Assembly (NCBI GenBank): GCA_964016885.1
Contig: OZ024742.1
Span: forward strand, 296,918,001-296,982,000
DNA length: 64,000 bases
Direction of reading: 5' to 3'
From: Eledone cirrhosa
Taxonomy: Eukaryota
The translations under genes were made by a program, and so were the position numbers. The notes under the pieces were generated by a model. That model had not been told where the DNA came from. It worked only from the letters and a program-made list of their open reading frames with translations, and ran no database searches. Below, piece by piece: positions 23,549 through 36,160 of the stretch. Positions within the stretch are counted from its first letter, which is position 1. Every line of letters begins with the position of its first letter.

Positions 23549-24159
23549 ATCATCATCATCATCATCATCATCAACGTTTAGCGTCCGTGTTCCACACTTG
23601 CATGGGTTTGGACGGGGGTAGTCCCACTTGAGGCAAGAGTGATTGTCTTGCTCGCATAGGACTGTCTGGCAGGTTTTCTACAGTTGGATGCCCTTCCTAA
23701 CACCAACCACATTTACAGTGTGGGTCTGGGAGGTTTTTACCGTGTTGCCTACACGGCCACATTACAGCGTGGACTGTGTGTTTTTTTTGTCGTGACACCT
23801 ACACGATCTCATTTGTTTCGGCCTGGATGGCGCGGCACCAACATAACTTTACATAGAACGGGGTGGTGTGGATGGGGTAGGGGTGGTGGTGGTGGGACGG
23901 GGTGTATTTTGTTAGAGATGCCTACTGGCTGGAGTAGGTTTTACTATATATTTAGGTAAGGCGGGTCTTCTCTGTTACTGAGTACCGCCAAAGGTCTCGG
24001 TCCAGTGACATTGTCTTGGAGAGGTGTAAGTGTGTGATGTCGGAGTTTATCAGCTCGTCCCAGGTTTTTCTAGGTCTGCCTATTCCGTGACTACCGTCTA
24101 TCTTTATTGCCCTGCACTTTGTTATACAGCTATCGACTTTCATGCGCATCACGTGTCCA
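23549..24159 (-). mobile_element. RTE family A 3' fragment (ORF end, 3' UTR, (GAT)n tail)
   Basis: Near-identical reverse complement of ~2558-3164. Confidence 0.92.
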
Positions 24160-24164
24160 TATAT

Positions 24165-24640
24165 ATATTTCGTTTCTGAATTTGTTTAGCAAGATTCTTT
24201 ATCTGAAAACGTGTGTTGAAACCGATATTGTTATGCTTTGGGAGGGTCAAGTTGCCAATAAGAAACACACGCACCAGTTGCTTTCACTTCAATTTATTTA
24301 AAATTAAATTTATAAATTTAGGAATTTAGGAATTTATAAATTTCCGGTTGGTTGGTTCCACAACCAGGTGATTGTTCATATATTGTCAAAAACAAGATGG
24401 CGTAGGACAGAACAAAAGAGAGGCACAAAAACAAAGAAAAGAATCCCCAGTCACTGAAGAGGTCACATAATGTGTGACGAAAGAACTTTGACAATATATG
24501 AACAATCGTCTGGTTGTGGAACCAACCAACCAGAAATTTATAAATTCCTAAATTTATAAATTTAATTTATAATAAATTGAAGTGAAAGCAACTGGTGCGT
24601 GTGTTTCTTATTGGCAACATGACCCTCCCAAATCATAACA

Positions 24641-24645
<5 letters not shown>
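24165..24645. mobile_element. Fold-back of two inverted pLTR-type arms with a hammerhead in the spacer
   Basis: Arms ~24225-24390 and ~24487-24645 are reverse complements; related structure at 33885-34200. Confidence 0.7.
24450..24492 (+). ncRNA. Minimal hammerhead ribozyme (CUU cleavage triplet)
   Basis: gtca CTGAAGA g gtcaca-taatg-tgtgac GAAA gaaCTT tgac. Confidence 0.68.
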
Positions 24646-24715
<70 letters not shown>

Positions 24716-24754
24716 CATATATATATATATAAAATATATATAAATATAAACTTT

Positions 24755-25755
24755 GTTGCAAAAGTAAAGGTACTTATTTTCCTAACACAGGACCTCGTTG
24801 ATGTATATAGGCATGTTGCTTATGATTTTAGCTTTGTTGCAACATGAATGATTGAGTCAGTTGTGAGCTATTGCTGTTTATGTACAGATGTGTTTATAAC
24901 CTCCATTATGTTTGCAATGCAGGAAAATATATAAAAGCTTATGTGTATGTCATTCTATCGAGAAGGTTTTTAGGTGGCACAAAGCTTTCAAAGAAAGACA
25001 AGAAAATGTTGAAGACAAACCTCATTCTGGAAGGGCAATCTCATCAACAAATGAGCAAAATGTAGAAGAGGTGCCAGCAGTGATGGTAAAAGATCACTAA
25101 TTATGTGTTAAGATGATTGCAGAAGAAACAGGCTTGTATGAAAATGCAGTTCACAAAATTGTAACAGACCATTTTCATATGAGAAAAGTTTATGCAGAAC
25201 TTGAGCCCAAACACTTTTCTGTGCAGCAAAAAGTGAAATGGTTGGACATTTGTCAATATTCTTCAAAAAGACTCGAAATTGAGCCAAATTTCTTGGATGA
25301 AGTAATAACCGAAGATGAATCAGAGACAATAGCATAAAGGGGGAAGCACACAGAAAAGTTCTCCTTATCCTAAGAAAGCACACATAAGTAGATTCAGGGT
25401 GAAATGATAATTTTCTTTTTTCAACAGCCATGGTATTGTTCACAAAGAATTTTTACCACCAGGACAGACAGTTAATCACACCTAAAAAGATAACTTGGAA
25501 TGAAAATAGGTTTAGTGAGTCTAAAAGGACTCTGTAGGAGATTGGGTACTGCTTTATGATAACATGCTTGCTTAAACATCACTTTCAATTTTAGAATTTG
25601 TGTTGAAGAAAAATATTCTCACTCCTCCACACCCTCCCTACAGCCTGGATCCAGCTATGTGTGGTTTCTACTTCTTCCATAAGTTTAAACTGAAGTTGAA
25701 TGGTCCTCATTTTGGGTCTGTGGAAAACATAGAAAAAATTGTAACCAACAAGTTA
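24755..25755 (+). mobile_element. Decayed Tc1/mariner DNA transposon
   Basis: VFRWHKAFKE..VEDKPHSGR, MRKV....PK, VITEDE, HPPYSLDPA.CGFYFF.KLK..L.G.HF; many stops. Confidence 0.88.
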
Positions 25756-25832
25756 AGGTTGGTTTTGCCTGTAAAATATGTCCACCAATTCTTTCCTGAG
25801 ACATTCTAACCACATTCCCATAGTATCAGAGC

Positions 25833-26532
25833 TGTTATAACAGGACACTCGGTTGTATGTACAATATTTATTTATGAAGATTGAGCTGAGTAGAGTTGAA
25901 TAGTTGACATGCCAAGAGAGATGAAAGAATGAATTAAGGATTTCAGAAGACACGGTCCACTGGCTGAAGTGTTGCCAGGCTGTGGTTATTGTTGTTGTGT
26001 TACCTGTTGGCTAGTGATTTCACGACGAAAGAAAGTTAGTTGTTTACCTTTTCACTGGTCAGGAAGTGAGAGAGTATACCTTCGTCGGAACGCGCCTGGC
26101 CGAAAGGTGAAATGAGAGGGTGATAGCTTTCAGCTCTTTCCTTTTATAGTTCCCCGGACGGAAGTGACAAAGAAGGTTCTGCAACCTCAACGGGAAGTAA
26201 CTCCAGCTACTTCCTGTCTAGAGAGCGCTACACTGTGATCTCTCAATTTGGAGAAGTTGCGGCTCTACCTTTAGTGACTCTCTGAACTCCAAGTTATGCA
26301 TGCTATCAAGTAATGTTCTCCAAAGACCCTTTGGAGGAAGCCCATTTCAGCCGCTTGTATTCTTGATCATATTCATTTGGTCATTACCCAAGATTCATGA
26401 CCTGGTGGTGAATCATAAATCAGAATATTAGGAAATGGGGTGAAAGCTAGATAGAAAATGTGTGCATTAATATATGGTGTATAATGAAAGGAATAAATTA
26501 AATCAATGGATCTGAAATCTGTATATAAGACA
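25833..26532 (-). mobile_element. Possible solo LTR
   Basis: TG..CA-type ends; minus-strand tataaaag (26141-26148) and aataaa (~25867); several ggaagt motifs. No TSD found. Confidence 0.3.
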
Positions 26533-27188
26533 TAGTAGAATTTGTAATTAGTAGTCATAGAAAAATGATTTAGTTAATGAACAAGAAACAGATGAAGGAA
26601 GAACTTTATTGTCCATGTGAAAATAACTTTGTTGTTAGATTAAGGGTGGTCATATTTTGGTTACAGTGTATATACAGATGTATATAAAGGTGTTTGAGAG
26701 GGACATATGTATAATGATATATTTAATAAATAAATATTTCTAATAGGAGAGTGGATAGAGTAAAAAAGGTTTTTAGTGTATAAATGAAAAAGATAATTAT
26801 AAATGGGTATATAAGGGCAAATAATGTTATTTTCCAATTAAATTAAATTTAAAATCGTGATCAAAGTAGAGTTAAAATTATTATCCATAGACAAAATCAT
26901 CAAATACTAATCAGAAAAAGTAAAAAGCAATTTTCTATGCTAAATCATTTAGACAATTGAGGATAATTGGCTTATTAAAAAAAATATGGAACTTTGATCA
27001 AACAACTATAATGGTATGTGAAAAGGAAATTTGAAAATTTTGAGGTAGAATAAAATGAAAAAGAAAAAGAGGTAAAAAGTATACATAAGTTTCAAACGTA
27101 TTAGGAGAGATACTTAAATAATAAAACATACATGTTTACATAAAATATACTACATTTTATTAAATATACTTATAAAATATACTTTAAG

Positions 27189-28195
27189 TCTCAATGAAAC
27201 AAGATGAGGTGATAATGTAAGGAAAGTTAGCTATCAACTATGAGAAATATAGAACTAAAAGAGGATAACTTAATAGATGGGATAAAGAACCAGATTAAAT
27301 AAATTTCCAAATGAGTTTATGTGGATTAATACTGTAGGAGTAGAGAATAGACTAAAATAATTAATCAAGCTGTGATGATTAGGTAAGCTAAATAGTTATA
27401 TTATTCCTTCCATTACCTCATTACCAATGAAAGATAAGGTGAATGATATTCAAACAATTTTGAAAATAATCAAGAATTTGCACCCACCACACATTGTAAA
27501 TGTTGTTGGCATTAGGAAGGGCATCCAGCTGTAGAAACCTAGCCAGAAACAGTTCTATATGAGCAAGACATGGTCACTTGACCAAACGCCTCTAATGGGA
27601 CAACCCGACTAACCCATGCTAGCGTGGAAAATGGACGTTAATTGATAATTATATATATATGGACAACCCTACTAACCCATGCTAGCGTGGAAAATGGACG
27701 TTAATTGATAATTATATATATATATATATATAATTATCATTTAACGTCCATTTTCCACGCTAGCATGGGTTAGTACGGTTGTCCCATTAGAGGCAAGTTT
27801 GGTCAAGTGACCATGTCTTGCTCATATAGAACTGTTTCTGGCTAGGTTTCTACAGCTGGATGCCCTTCCTAATGCCAACAACATTTACAATGTGTGGTGG
27901 GTGCAAATTCTTGATTATTTTCAAAATTGTTTGAATATCATTCACCTTATCTTTCATTGGTAATGAGGTAATGGAAGGAATAATATAACTATTTAGCTTA
28001 CCTAATCATCACAGCTTGATTAATTATTTTAGTCTATCCTCTACTCCTACAGTATTAATCCACATATACTCATTTGGAAATTTATTTCATCTGGTTCTTT
28101 TTCCCATCTATTAAGTTATCCTCTTTTAGTTCTATATTTCTCATAGTTGATAGCTAACTTTCCTTACATTATCACCTCATCTTGTTTCATTGAGA
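27189..28195. repeat. ~1-kb near-perfect palindrome centred on (TA)n
   Basis: 27189-~27658 is the reverse complement of ~27722-28195 with few mismatches; central ~63-bp tandem duplication of a SINE tail. Confidence 0.92.
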
Positions 28196-28289
28196 AGAGA
28201 ATATTAGAGAACATAGTTTACATTATATATAAATGGACACTTTCTTTTATTCTTCTCACTCTCTCTCTTTTCTACTTGGTGATGTGGTG

Positions 28290-28857
28290 GTAGTAGCAGT
28301 CCACCCTACCCTAACCCTAACCCTAATCCTAACCCCAACAATGTAAAATGGACCCCCCCAAAGAAAAACGGTTCTACGAATAAAGAATGGACCCCTCCAA
28401 CAAAAAACAGAACCCCGCAACGAAAAACGGCCCCCTGCAACGAAAAATGGCCCTCATCAACGAAAAGTGGCTACATAACCTCTTACCAGTTACATAACCT
28501 CTTATGGTCTACATAATCTGTTACCGGTTACATAGCGACTTACCTGCTACATAGCCTGTTAACGGCTACATAGCTTCTTATCGGCTACATAGACTCATAC
28601 TAGCTACATAGCCTCTTACAGGCAATATAGCATCTTACTGACTACATAGCCTTCTACCAGCTACATAGCCTCTTACCATCTACAAAGCCTCTTACCGGCT
28701 ACATAGTTTCTTACTGGCAACATAGTATCTTACCGGCTACATCGCCTCATACTGGCTACATAGCCTCTTACCAGTTAGATAGTTCTACCAGCTACATTAG
28801 CTCTTACCAGCTATATAGCTCCCGAACCTGCTAGATATAGTAGCCAAATATTTCCCC
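28290..28857 (+). repeat. (CCCTAA)n seed followed by two minisatellite arrays (~20-bp units)
   Basis: ccctaaccctaaccctaatcctaacc at ~28309-28335; aaaaacggccccc-type units 28345-28470; ~18 copies of gctacatagcctcttaccag 28470-28820. Confidence 0.85.
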
Positions 28858-28874
28858 CTCACCATGTTTTAAAA

Positions 28875-29062
28875 TAATTGTTTCTACTTTTGGCACAAGG
28901 CCAGCAATTATCCCAGTGTATTACTGGTACTTTATTTTATCGACCCCGAAAGGATGAAAGGCAAAGTGAAACTCGGCGGGATTTGAACTCAGTCCGTAAA
29001 GGGACGTAACTGTGCTGCAAAGCATGGCGTCCGACCCTCTACCAATACTGCCAATCCACCAC
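28875..29062 (-). mobile_element. tRNA-derived SINE with Nin/Deu-type core
   Basis: Homologous to 16725-16917. Confidence 0.8.
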
Positions 29063-29153
29063 CATGTTTTGAAATAATGACAAGCGCATTGAATAATACA
29101 GTCTTAGGTACTCGTAGAAAAGCAGGATTGTCACAATTGGAATCCCATTGATT

Positions 29154-31201
29154 CACTGAGCAACAACTTTTTTTATTTATTTCTGGTGCATGAGATTTTT
29201 TCCTTGTTTCTAGTTTAATTTTTTGTGCTGATTTCGAATTTGGAATCAGTTTTGCTCTATATGCTCCGGTTTTCTTGCAATTTTAAGATATACTTTTTTT
29301 GACCTGTCGAGATATATCATACTTAAAATTGACAATTGTCTTTATTTTCAGATCTAATCACTGCTTCTAATAATGGATTCTTCAAGCAAACGTTGATGCG
29401 GGAATAATCCTGAAGGTTTCTGCTACATCTGTGGCTCCTTTCCACTTATTCGTCAAAGGTGTAATATAACATTGTCTGTGAGACAAGCCTATAAAGTCTA
29501 CTTTGGAATTCCCCTTGGCGATCAAGACAAAAAATGGGCCCCTCATGTTGTGTGTCATATCTGTGAGGAAAGGCTTCATGACTGGACAAAAGGAAGATGG
29601 AAGGGTCAATCTTTTGGAATTCGTATGGTGTGGCGAGAGTCCAGGGATCACACAACTGACTGTTATTTTTGTCTGGTCAAGACAAAGGGTATTGGCATGA
29701 AAGACAGGCATAAAATCTCTTATCCTAATATTCCATCAGCAATTAGACCTATTATGCACTCTGATACACTCCGGATTCTAGCTTTTCATGGGTAAACCTC
29801 ATCCAAATATGAAAGAAGTGAACAACATCATGACGATGATATAGAGATGGAAGAAATAAATTCAGAATTCAAAGACCCCACTTATACTGAAGAGTCAGCT
29901 CCTCAAAAGTTTAACCAAACAGAACTGAAGGATTTAGTACATGATAGGGGGCTCTCCAAGAATGCAGCTGACCAAACTGTAAATGTTTCCTATTTCCAAA
30001 AGAGGGACCAGATTTTTGTGTCTTATTTTTCAGAAGAGAAATATTTTGTTTTCTGACACAATATTCCAGGTCTTCTCCAAGTATTAGACATTCCAACTTA
30101 CAATTAAACTGAGTGGCAACTATTTTTAGATAGCTCTAAGTCCAACCTAACCTGTGTTCTCCTGCACAATGGCAATGTTTATGGAGCTGTCCCAGTTGGT
30201 CACTCAGTGCATTTACAAGAAGAATATAATGACATAAAAACGGGTGTTGACCTACTAAAATATCATGAACACTACTGGATCATTTGTGTGGACTTGAAAA
30301 TGGTCACTTTCCTCCTCGGTCAATAGAAAGGTTTCACAAAGTATCCTTGCTATCTCTGCATGTGGGACAGCTGAGCTCAACAGAAACACTAGATCCAGAA
30401 GGAGTGGTCCATCCATGAGACTCTGGAAGCAGGCATGCCAAATATTGTTAATGATCCAATCATCGGTTGAGATAAGATTGTTTTCCCACAATTCCATATT
30501 AAGCTGTGCTTGATGAAACAGTTCACAAAAGCATTAAATGCTAATGGTAAATATTTTCAACAAATAGTCTCTGAATTTCCTGCTTTGTCCATCAAGAAGA
30601 TTAAAGCAGCTGTGTTTGATGGACCTCAGATTCATGTCCTTGTGTGTGATGAAGAATTTATTGGAAAGATGAATGACAAGGAAAGGGCAGCATGGGTGTC
30701 ATTCATGGCAGTTAAACAAAATTTCCTTGGTAACAGAAAAGCAGATGACTATGAAATTCTTCTAACATGTCAGCTTTTCATGATCTTGGGAGTAAAATGA
30801 GTGTCAAACACCAGTTGCTGCTAGTCACCTTGATACATTCCTGAGAATCTTGTGGCTGTTAATCATGAGCATGGAGAGTGCTTCCATCAAGACATCAGAA
30901 CCATGCGAGAGCGGTACCAAGGTAGATGAGACAAAATTATGATGGTAGACTACTGTTGGAGCATTAAACAAGATTGCCTGGGAAAGTTCACAAATGCCTG
31001 AATAAGATCTATTTTTGTTTTTACTTCAATACTATTCCGTTTCTGAAACATTCAAATTTAAAAAAATATAAAAAGAGCTTAATTTTGGAGCTATCAAAGA
31101 AATACTAACTTCATAATTGAATTTAGCACACTCAAATTTGATAAAATCAAGTGTCAGTATCACCAACATCATGAAAATAATTTTCATCATAATCGCTAGT
31201 G
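29154..31201 (+). mobile_element. Decayed DNA transposon, probably Chapaev-type (CMC superfamily)
   Basis: CAC...GTG termini; FCYICG, YFG..LGDQDKKWAPHVVC..C, MVWRE..DHTTDCYFC, LFLDSSK, VLLHNGN, ICVDLKMV, HIKL.LMKQF, FDGPQI, FLGN, EHGECFHQDI, DYCW. Superfamily assigned from recalled family motifs. Confidence 0.7.
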
Positions 31202-31213
31202 TCACTATTTTAT

Positions 31214-31631
31214 TGGCTTAGTGGTTAGAGCATTGGCCTTGCAATCAATTCTCAGGCCAGGTGATGTGTTGTTTCCTTGAGCAAGACACTTTATTTCCCA
31301 TTGCTCCAGTTTACTCAGTTGTAGAAATGAGATGATAGGGACTGGGGTCCCTATCATTCCACTGCAAAGTGATCGTGGAGTTTCCACAGCAAAAAAGCAC
31401 CCAGCCCACACTGCAAAGTGGTCGTCGGGGTGCCACAGCAAAAAAGCACCCAGCCCACACTGTAAAAGTGGTCGTGGAGGTGCCACGACAAAAAAGCCCC
31501 CAGCACTCACTGTAAATGAGGTTGGTGTTAGGAAGGGCATCCAGCTGTAGAGATCAAGCCAGAATCAGTTCCCGCCCCACCCTTGCAAGCAAGGAAAAGC
31601 GGACGTAAAATGATGATGATGATGATGATGA
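31214..31631 (+). mobile_element. Composite SINE: tRNA-like head, ~50-bp repeat body, RTE family B tail
   Basis: tggcttagtggttagagc head; ccttgagcaagacactt core; three ~50-bp units; ends ggaaaagcggacgtaaaa(tga)n as at 1-133. Confidence 0.75.
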
Positions 31632-32417
31632 TATTTACCATACAGGGATGGGATGGACAGTCCCATATCCATATGCTCTTCCTGACATCAGCCCTTACGT
31701 ATTTTCATGTATGGTACTTATTCAACTGGTTTTTACTCATCAAACCACTAAGCTGTCATGATCTAAGATCTAACACCAAGATTCAATCAAACATTCCATT
31801 TTGTCCCACTCAGAATCCTGTCATCTGCACTAAATGTGGCTGGATGTATATATATATCATCATCACCATCATCATCACTGTTTAATGTCAACTTTTTCAT
31901 GCTTGCATGGGCTAAACGGGTTGTCCATGCCTGGAGGCAAATCTGGCCAGGGTTGGCCATGTGTTGCACCTTGCTCCAGCAAGGAATATAAATCTGGCTG
32001 GGTATAGATAGATAGATGATGGCTATGGTGGTGATGATAATGATGATGATGATGAAGATGATGGTGCTTAATGTTGATTATGATGATGATGATGATGGGG
32101 ATGATGAATGTGAGGATATATCTTAGATTACTTTGCTTATTTACAATCGAATGATGATGACGATGATGACACACATATGCATACACACATGCACACATGT
32201 ACAAAAACACATACTCAAACATACATACTTACACATATTCATGCCCACACATACATATACAAACACAGACACACACACATATACCTTGTTTCTCTGAGAG
32301 AAACTGAAAACAAGTTTCTCTCTCCTTTTCTTTTCTTTCTTATTTCTTGTCACTTTCAGACACACATAAATATTATCTCTCTATCACTTCTTTGAACTGT
32401 CTTTTTCTATTCTATCC

Positions 32418-32560
<143 letters not shown>

Positions 32561-33884
32561 TGTCTGTATATATACATAGTCTTCTCTCTCTCTCACACAT
32601 ACACACATAGTCTTCTCTTTCTCTCACATACACACATACTACACGTCTGTGTTGTCAACCAATAACCAAATTCAGTGTAATTTCCCATGAGAAATACATT
32701 ACATTACAGAATATATGTGTTTAAATTTTATCATTGTTAATCATATGAATGAGAAAACAAAATATTTCTGCTGTATATGAGAAAATTTGTCTTTGACCAA
32801 TCAAGACAGATAACTATAGCATATTAGGACCTTCTGCATAACATTGGTGTTTGTTGGACCTCCGTTTGTTCTGATGATGAGTGTACTAGCTGTTTGATTA
32901 ATAGAACAGCATTACTACTTAAAATTTTATGTACAAGTGGTTAAGCATTTCATAAGCATATTACTCTTATTATAATTCTCAGAAAGACTCAACATGGTAC
33001 ATTTTCACAGGGTGAGAGTTTTGGATAAAGGTACATCACATTTTTGCCAGCTGAGTGGACTGGAGCAATATGAAATAAAATGTCTTACCCAAAGACACTG
33101 CTCAGAATTGAACTTATGACTTTATGTTCATGAGTCAAACACCCTAAGCACTGAGCCATGCCCCTTCAGACAACAGTGGCAAGATGAGAGAGAGGCATTC
33201 AGTTGATTTCAAACTAAGATTCTATGAGCAGTTATTAAAACTCCTAAAATAGCATCCAGATCTTCTTCAAACCAGGCAGTTACAATCTTTAAAAAAAGAC
33301 ACCTCGAACAACATAGACTCTGATATATTAATCAACAGCGTGTTTCTGACTTAAATCTCATTTATCATGGGTCTGCTAACCATGGCTGAACAACAACACC
33401 TAAAGGAGTCTCTATGTAGTAAACCAACCTAGCAATGAAAGCTCTCAAAAATCCCAACTGACTCTCAAAATTTCAGATCATATAAATTAAAATCGCATGC
33501 AAGAAAGGTTAAGTGGTTTAGAAGTTTGCATCAAAATCATTAGGTCCCTTGCTTGTTCCTATTATGTAAATGCCATTTTCTATAGCCTCAGGTTGACTCA
33601 AGACTTGTTAATAAAAATGAGTTGATAGAAACTGAATGGAAGCTTGTCAGATGGATTATATTTATTATTCAAAAGACCAGCCTATTTACCCACTAACTCT
33701 TGCTAATTCTGCCTCAGAATTCCATTGACGGTACACATGTTTGTGGAATACTCAACCACCTACGCATTAATTCATAAATCAAGTGTTTAGTTGATCAAAC
33801 AACTGAATGCTCACCATCAAAATGGATAGAGGATGTCATATTAAAAACAATTATATTCTTACTTAAAACAATGTAAACCTTTCA

Positions 33885-34200
33885 CTTTTGTATTTGTGTT
33901 GCAAGATTTCTTATCTGAAAATCTGTGTTGAAACATATATTGTTATACTTTGGCAGGGTCATGTTGCCAATAAAACACACGCACCTGTTGGTTTTCACTT
34001 CAATTTATTATAAACTTCCAGTTGGTTAGTTTAATAAATGGATGGTTATTTATTTGTTTGTTGTCAAAGCCCTTTCGTCCTTTGACAATAAACAACCATC
34101 TGGTCATTCAACTAACTGGAGGTTTATAATAACTTGAAGTAAAAGCCAACAGGTTCATACATTTTTATTGGCAGCATGATCCTCACAAAGTATAATAATG
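33885..34200. mobile_element. Older inverted pLTR fold-back of the same family as 24165-24645
   Basis: Arms ~33938-34068 and ~34080-34198; junction keeps the 3' half of the HHR (minus strand gacGAAAgggctttgac). Confidence 0.65.
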
Positions 34201-35599
34201 TAAACATTATTTCTTGTTATGTAGATTCAAGCATTTTTAAAGAATTTCTAGCAACAATTCCATCTGAAAAATTGAATTTTAATTCAATGTTGAATTATTT
34301 TTGGCATCATAGTGACAACGGCACAAAGTTATCAAGTCAAGACTATAATAAACATTTCCTAGCAGAGAGATAAGATATTTATCTAAGAACTGTAGCTGTC
34401 TGTTATGTAATTGAATAACTAGTCTGGTTTTATATTGTAAACAACTTAGAACTTTGTAATATTTATTATAATAGTTTATCAGCTAATGAAAGAGTACCAA
34501 TCCAGGGCTCCCCAGGAATCACTCAGGGTAATAACCTACAGATATAGTGGTTGGCAGCATATATGGAAATAAACCATCATGGATCAGACAAAGCTTTTCT
34601 GTGGCAAGGTAGAGCACCTGGCAGTCACCAAGCTTGGGGCTACAGGTGAAACTAGGGGAAGCAGTATGATGGATGTGCAATCTTAACAACAGTCATTTAT
34701 TGAGTAATGACAATAACCATATGTGGCTGGGAAGTGTATCCATTCTGGGGTCAATGATCAGGATCACATTTGGCAAGACATAGCACCTGTCAGCTACCCA
34801 GCTCAGGGTCACAGAGTGTACAATCTCAGTGTACAAGCCATGAGTGTACAATCTCAGTGGATCACCCATTGACTGATAGAGGCATTCACACAATGCTGGG
34901 CAGAAAATTCCCTCTGGGGTCAATAGCCAAGGTCAGTAGGTTCCCCAAGTGTATTACTGCTAACATCTATAGACCTTGGCAGTGGAACCTCTATTGAGTC
35001 AATGACCGGGATCCCCAATTTCCTATGTATAACTTGTAACATCTATAGATCTTGGCAGAAGAACCTCTCCAGGGTTAATGACTAGGATCTCCAAGTTCCT
35101 TAACACATATAAACCTGACGACCATAGACATTATTAAGATATGGAAATATTTTAAATTACTTAAATCCCAGCAAGCTCAATAAATAGTTCTCTATCTACT
35201 ATAATTTCATCAAAATTTCTCCTCTCTATGTTGTCATATGACAAATCTTTCACCAAGAAAATAATGTCAGTTAAATATCTAAATTATGAGAAAGTCCTTA
35301 GAGATATTCCTTAGTATAGTAGCAAGAGAGATACATTATCATCTATCTATATAATAAAACAAAAAACAGGAATGTTCATGTGAATAATAAGAATCTATCA
35401 TAAACTGACAATCACTTGACGATACTTCATTATAATATCATTGCCTAAAGATTAACCCAGTTTTTTTTTATATTTCTAAAAGAATTTCATACACAGCAAT
35501 TGTATCTCTTAAAGTTTTTAAATAATAACTGGATATCTGAATATCTGAATATATTTCATACCCACATCTGAGGCCAACTATCATTAGTAGGCTACAATC

Positions 35600-36160
35600 T
35601 GGTTGTGATAGTATTGTTGTTGTTGTTGTTGTGGTGGTGGTGGTGGTGGTGGTGGTGGCCGTGGTGATGGTGGTGGTGGCCGTGGTGGTGCTGCTGCTGC
35701 TGCTGATGGTAGAGTTGGTGGTAGTATTGGTGGTAGCATAGTTGTTGTTGGTGGTGATGGTGGTGGTGCTGATGATGGTAGTGTTGTTGCTGTTGGAGGA
35801 GGTAGTGGTGCTGATGATGGTAGTGTTGTTGCTGTTGAAGGTGGTGTTGGTGGAAGCATAGTTGCTGTTGTTGTTGGTGATGGTGGTGGTGGTGCTGATG
35901 ATGGTAGTGCCTGCTGTAGTATTGTTGCTGTTGGAGGTGGTGGTGGTACTGATGGTGATAGTTTTGTTGTTATAGTTGGTGGTGCTAATGGTGGTCATGT
36001 AGTTGTTGTTGGTGGTAGGAGTGATGTTGATGGTGGTAATGTTTTGTGGGAGCGTTAGTGATAGTGCTGGTATTAGTGTTGTTGCTGTTATTGTTAGTGG
36101 TGGTGCAGATGGTGCTACTGTTAATAAGAGTATCGTTGTTGGTTGTTGGGGTGTTGACAG
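35600..36160. repeat. GGT/GTT/GAT/GCT trinucleotide low-complexity tract
   Basis: Direct reading. Confidence 0.85.

Noticed and set aside
26540-27480. AT-rich, purine-skewed stretch possibly an ancient LINE endonuclease remnant
   Set aside because: No motif could be read with confidence.
28309-28335. True telomere or chromosome fusion site
   Set aside because: Only 3-4 units, single orientation, embedded in a minisatellite element.
28470-28820. Regular ~20-bp repeats resembling a CRISPR array
   Set aside because: Units are contiguous with no unique spacers, there are no cas genes, and the context is eukaryotic; it is a minisatellite.
31214-31290. tRNA gene (also the heads at 41681 and ~54942)
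   Set aside because: Only A/B-box-like remnants continuing into SINE cores; no full cloverleaf.
35468-35998. 176-aa Thr/Asn/Ser-rich ORF (mucin-like)
   Set aside because: Stop-free trinucleotide low-complexity tract, open in several frames, with no domain or splice support.
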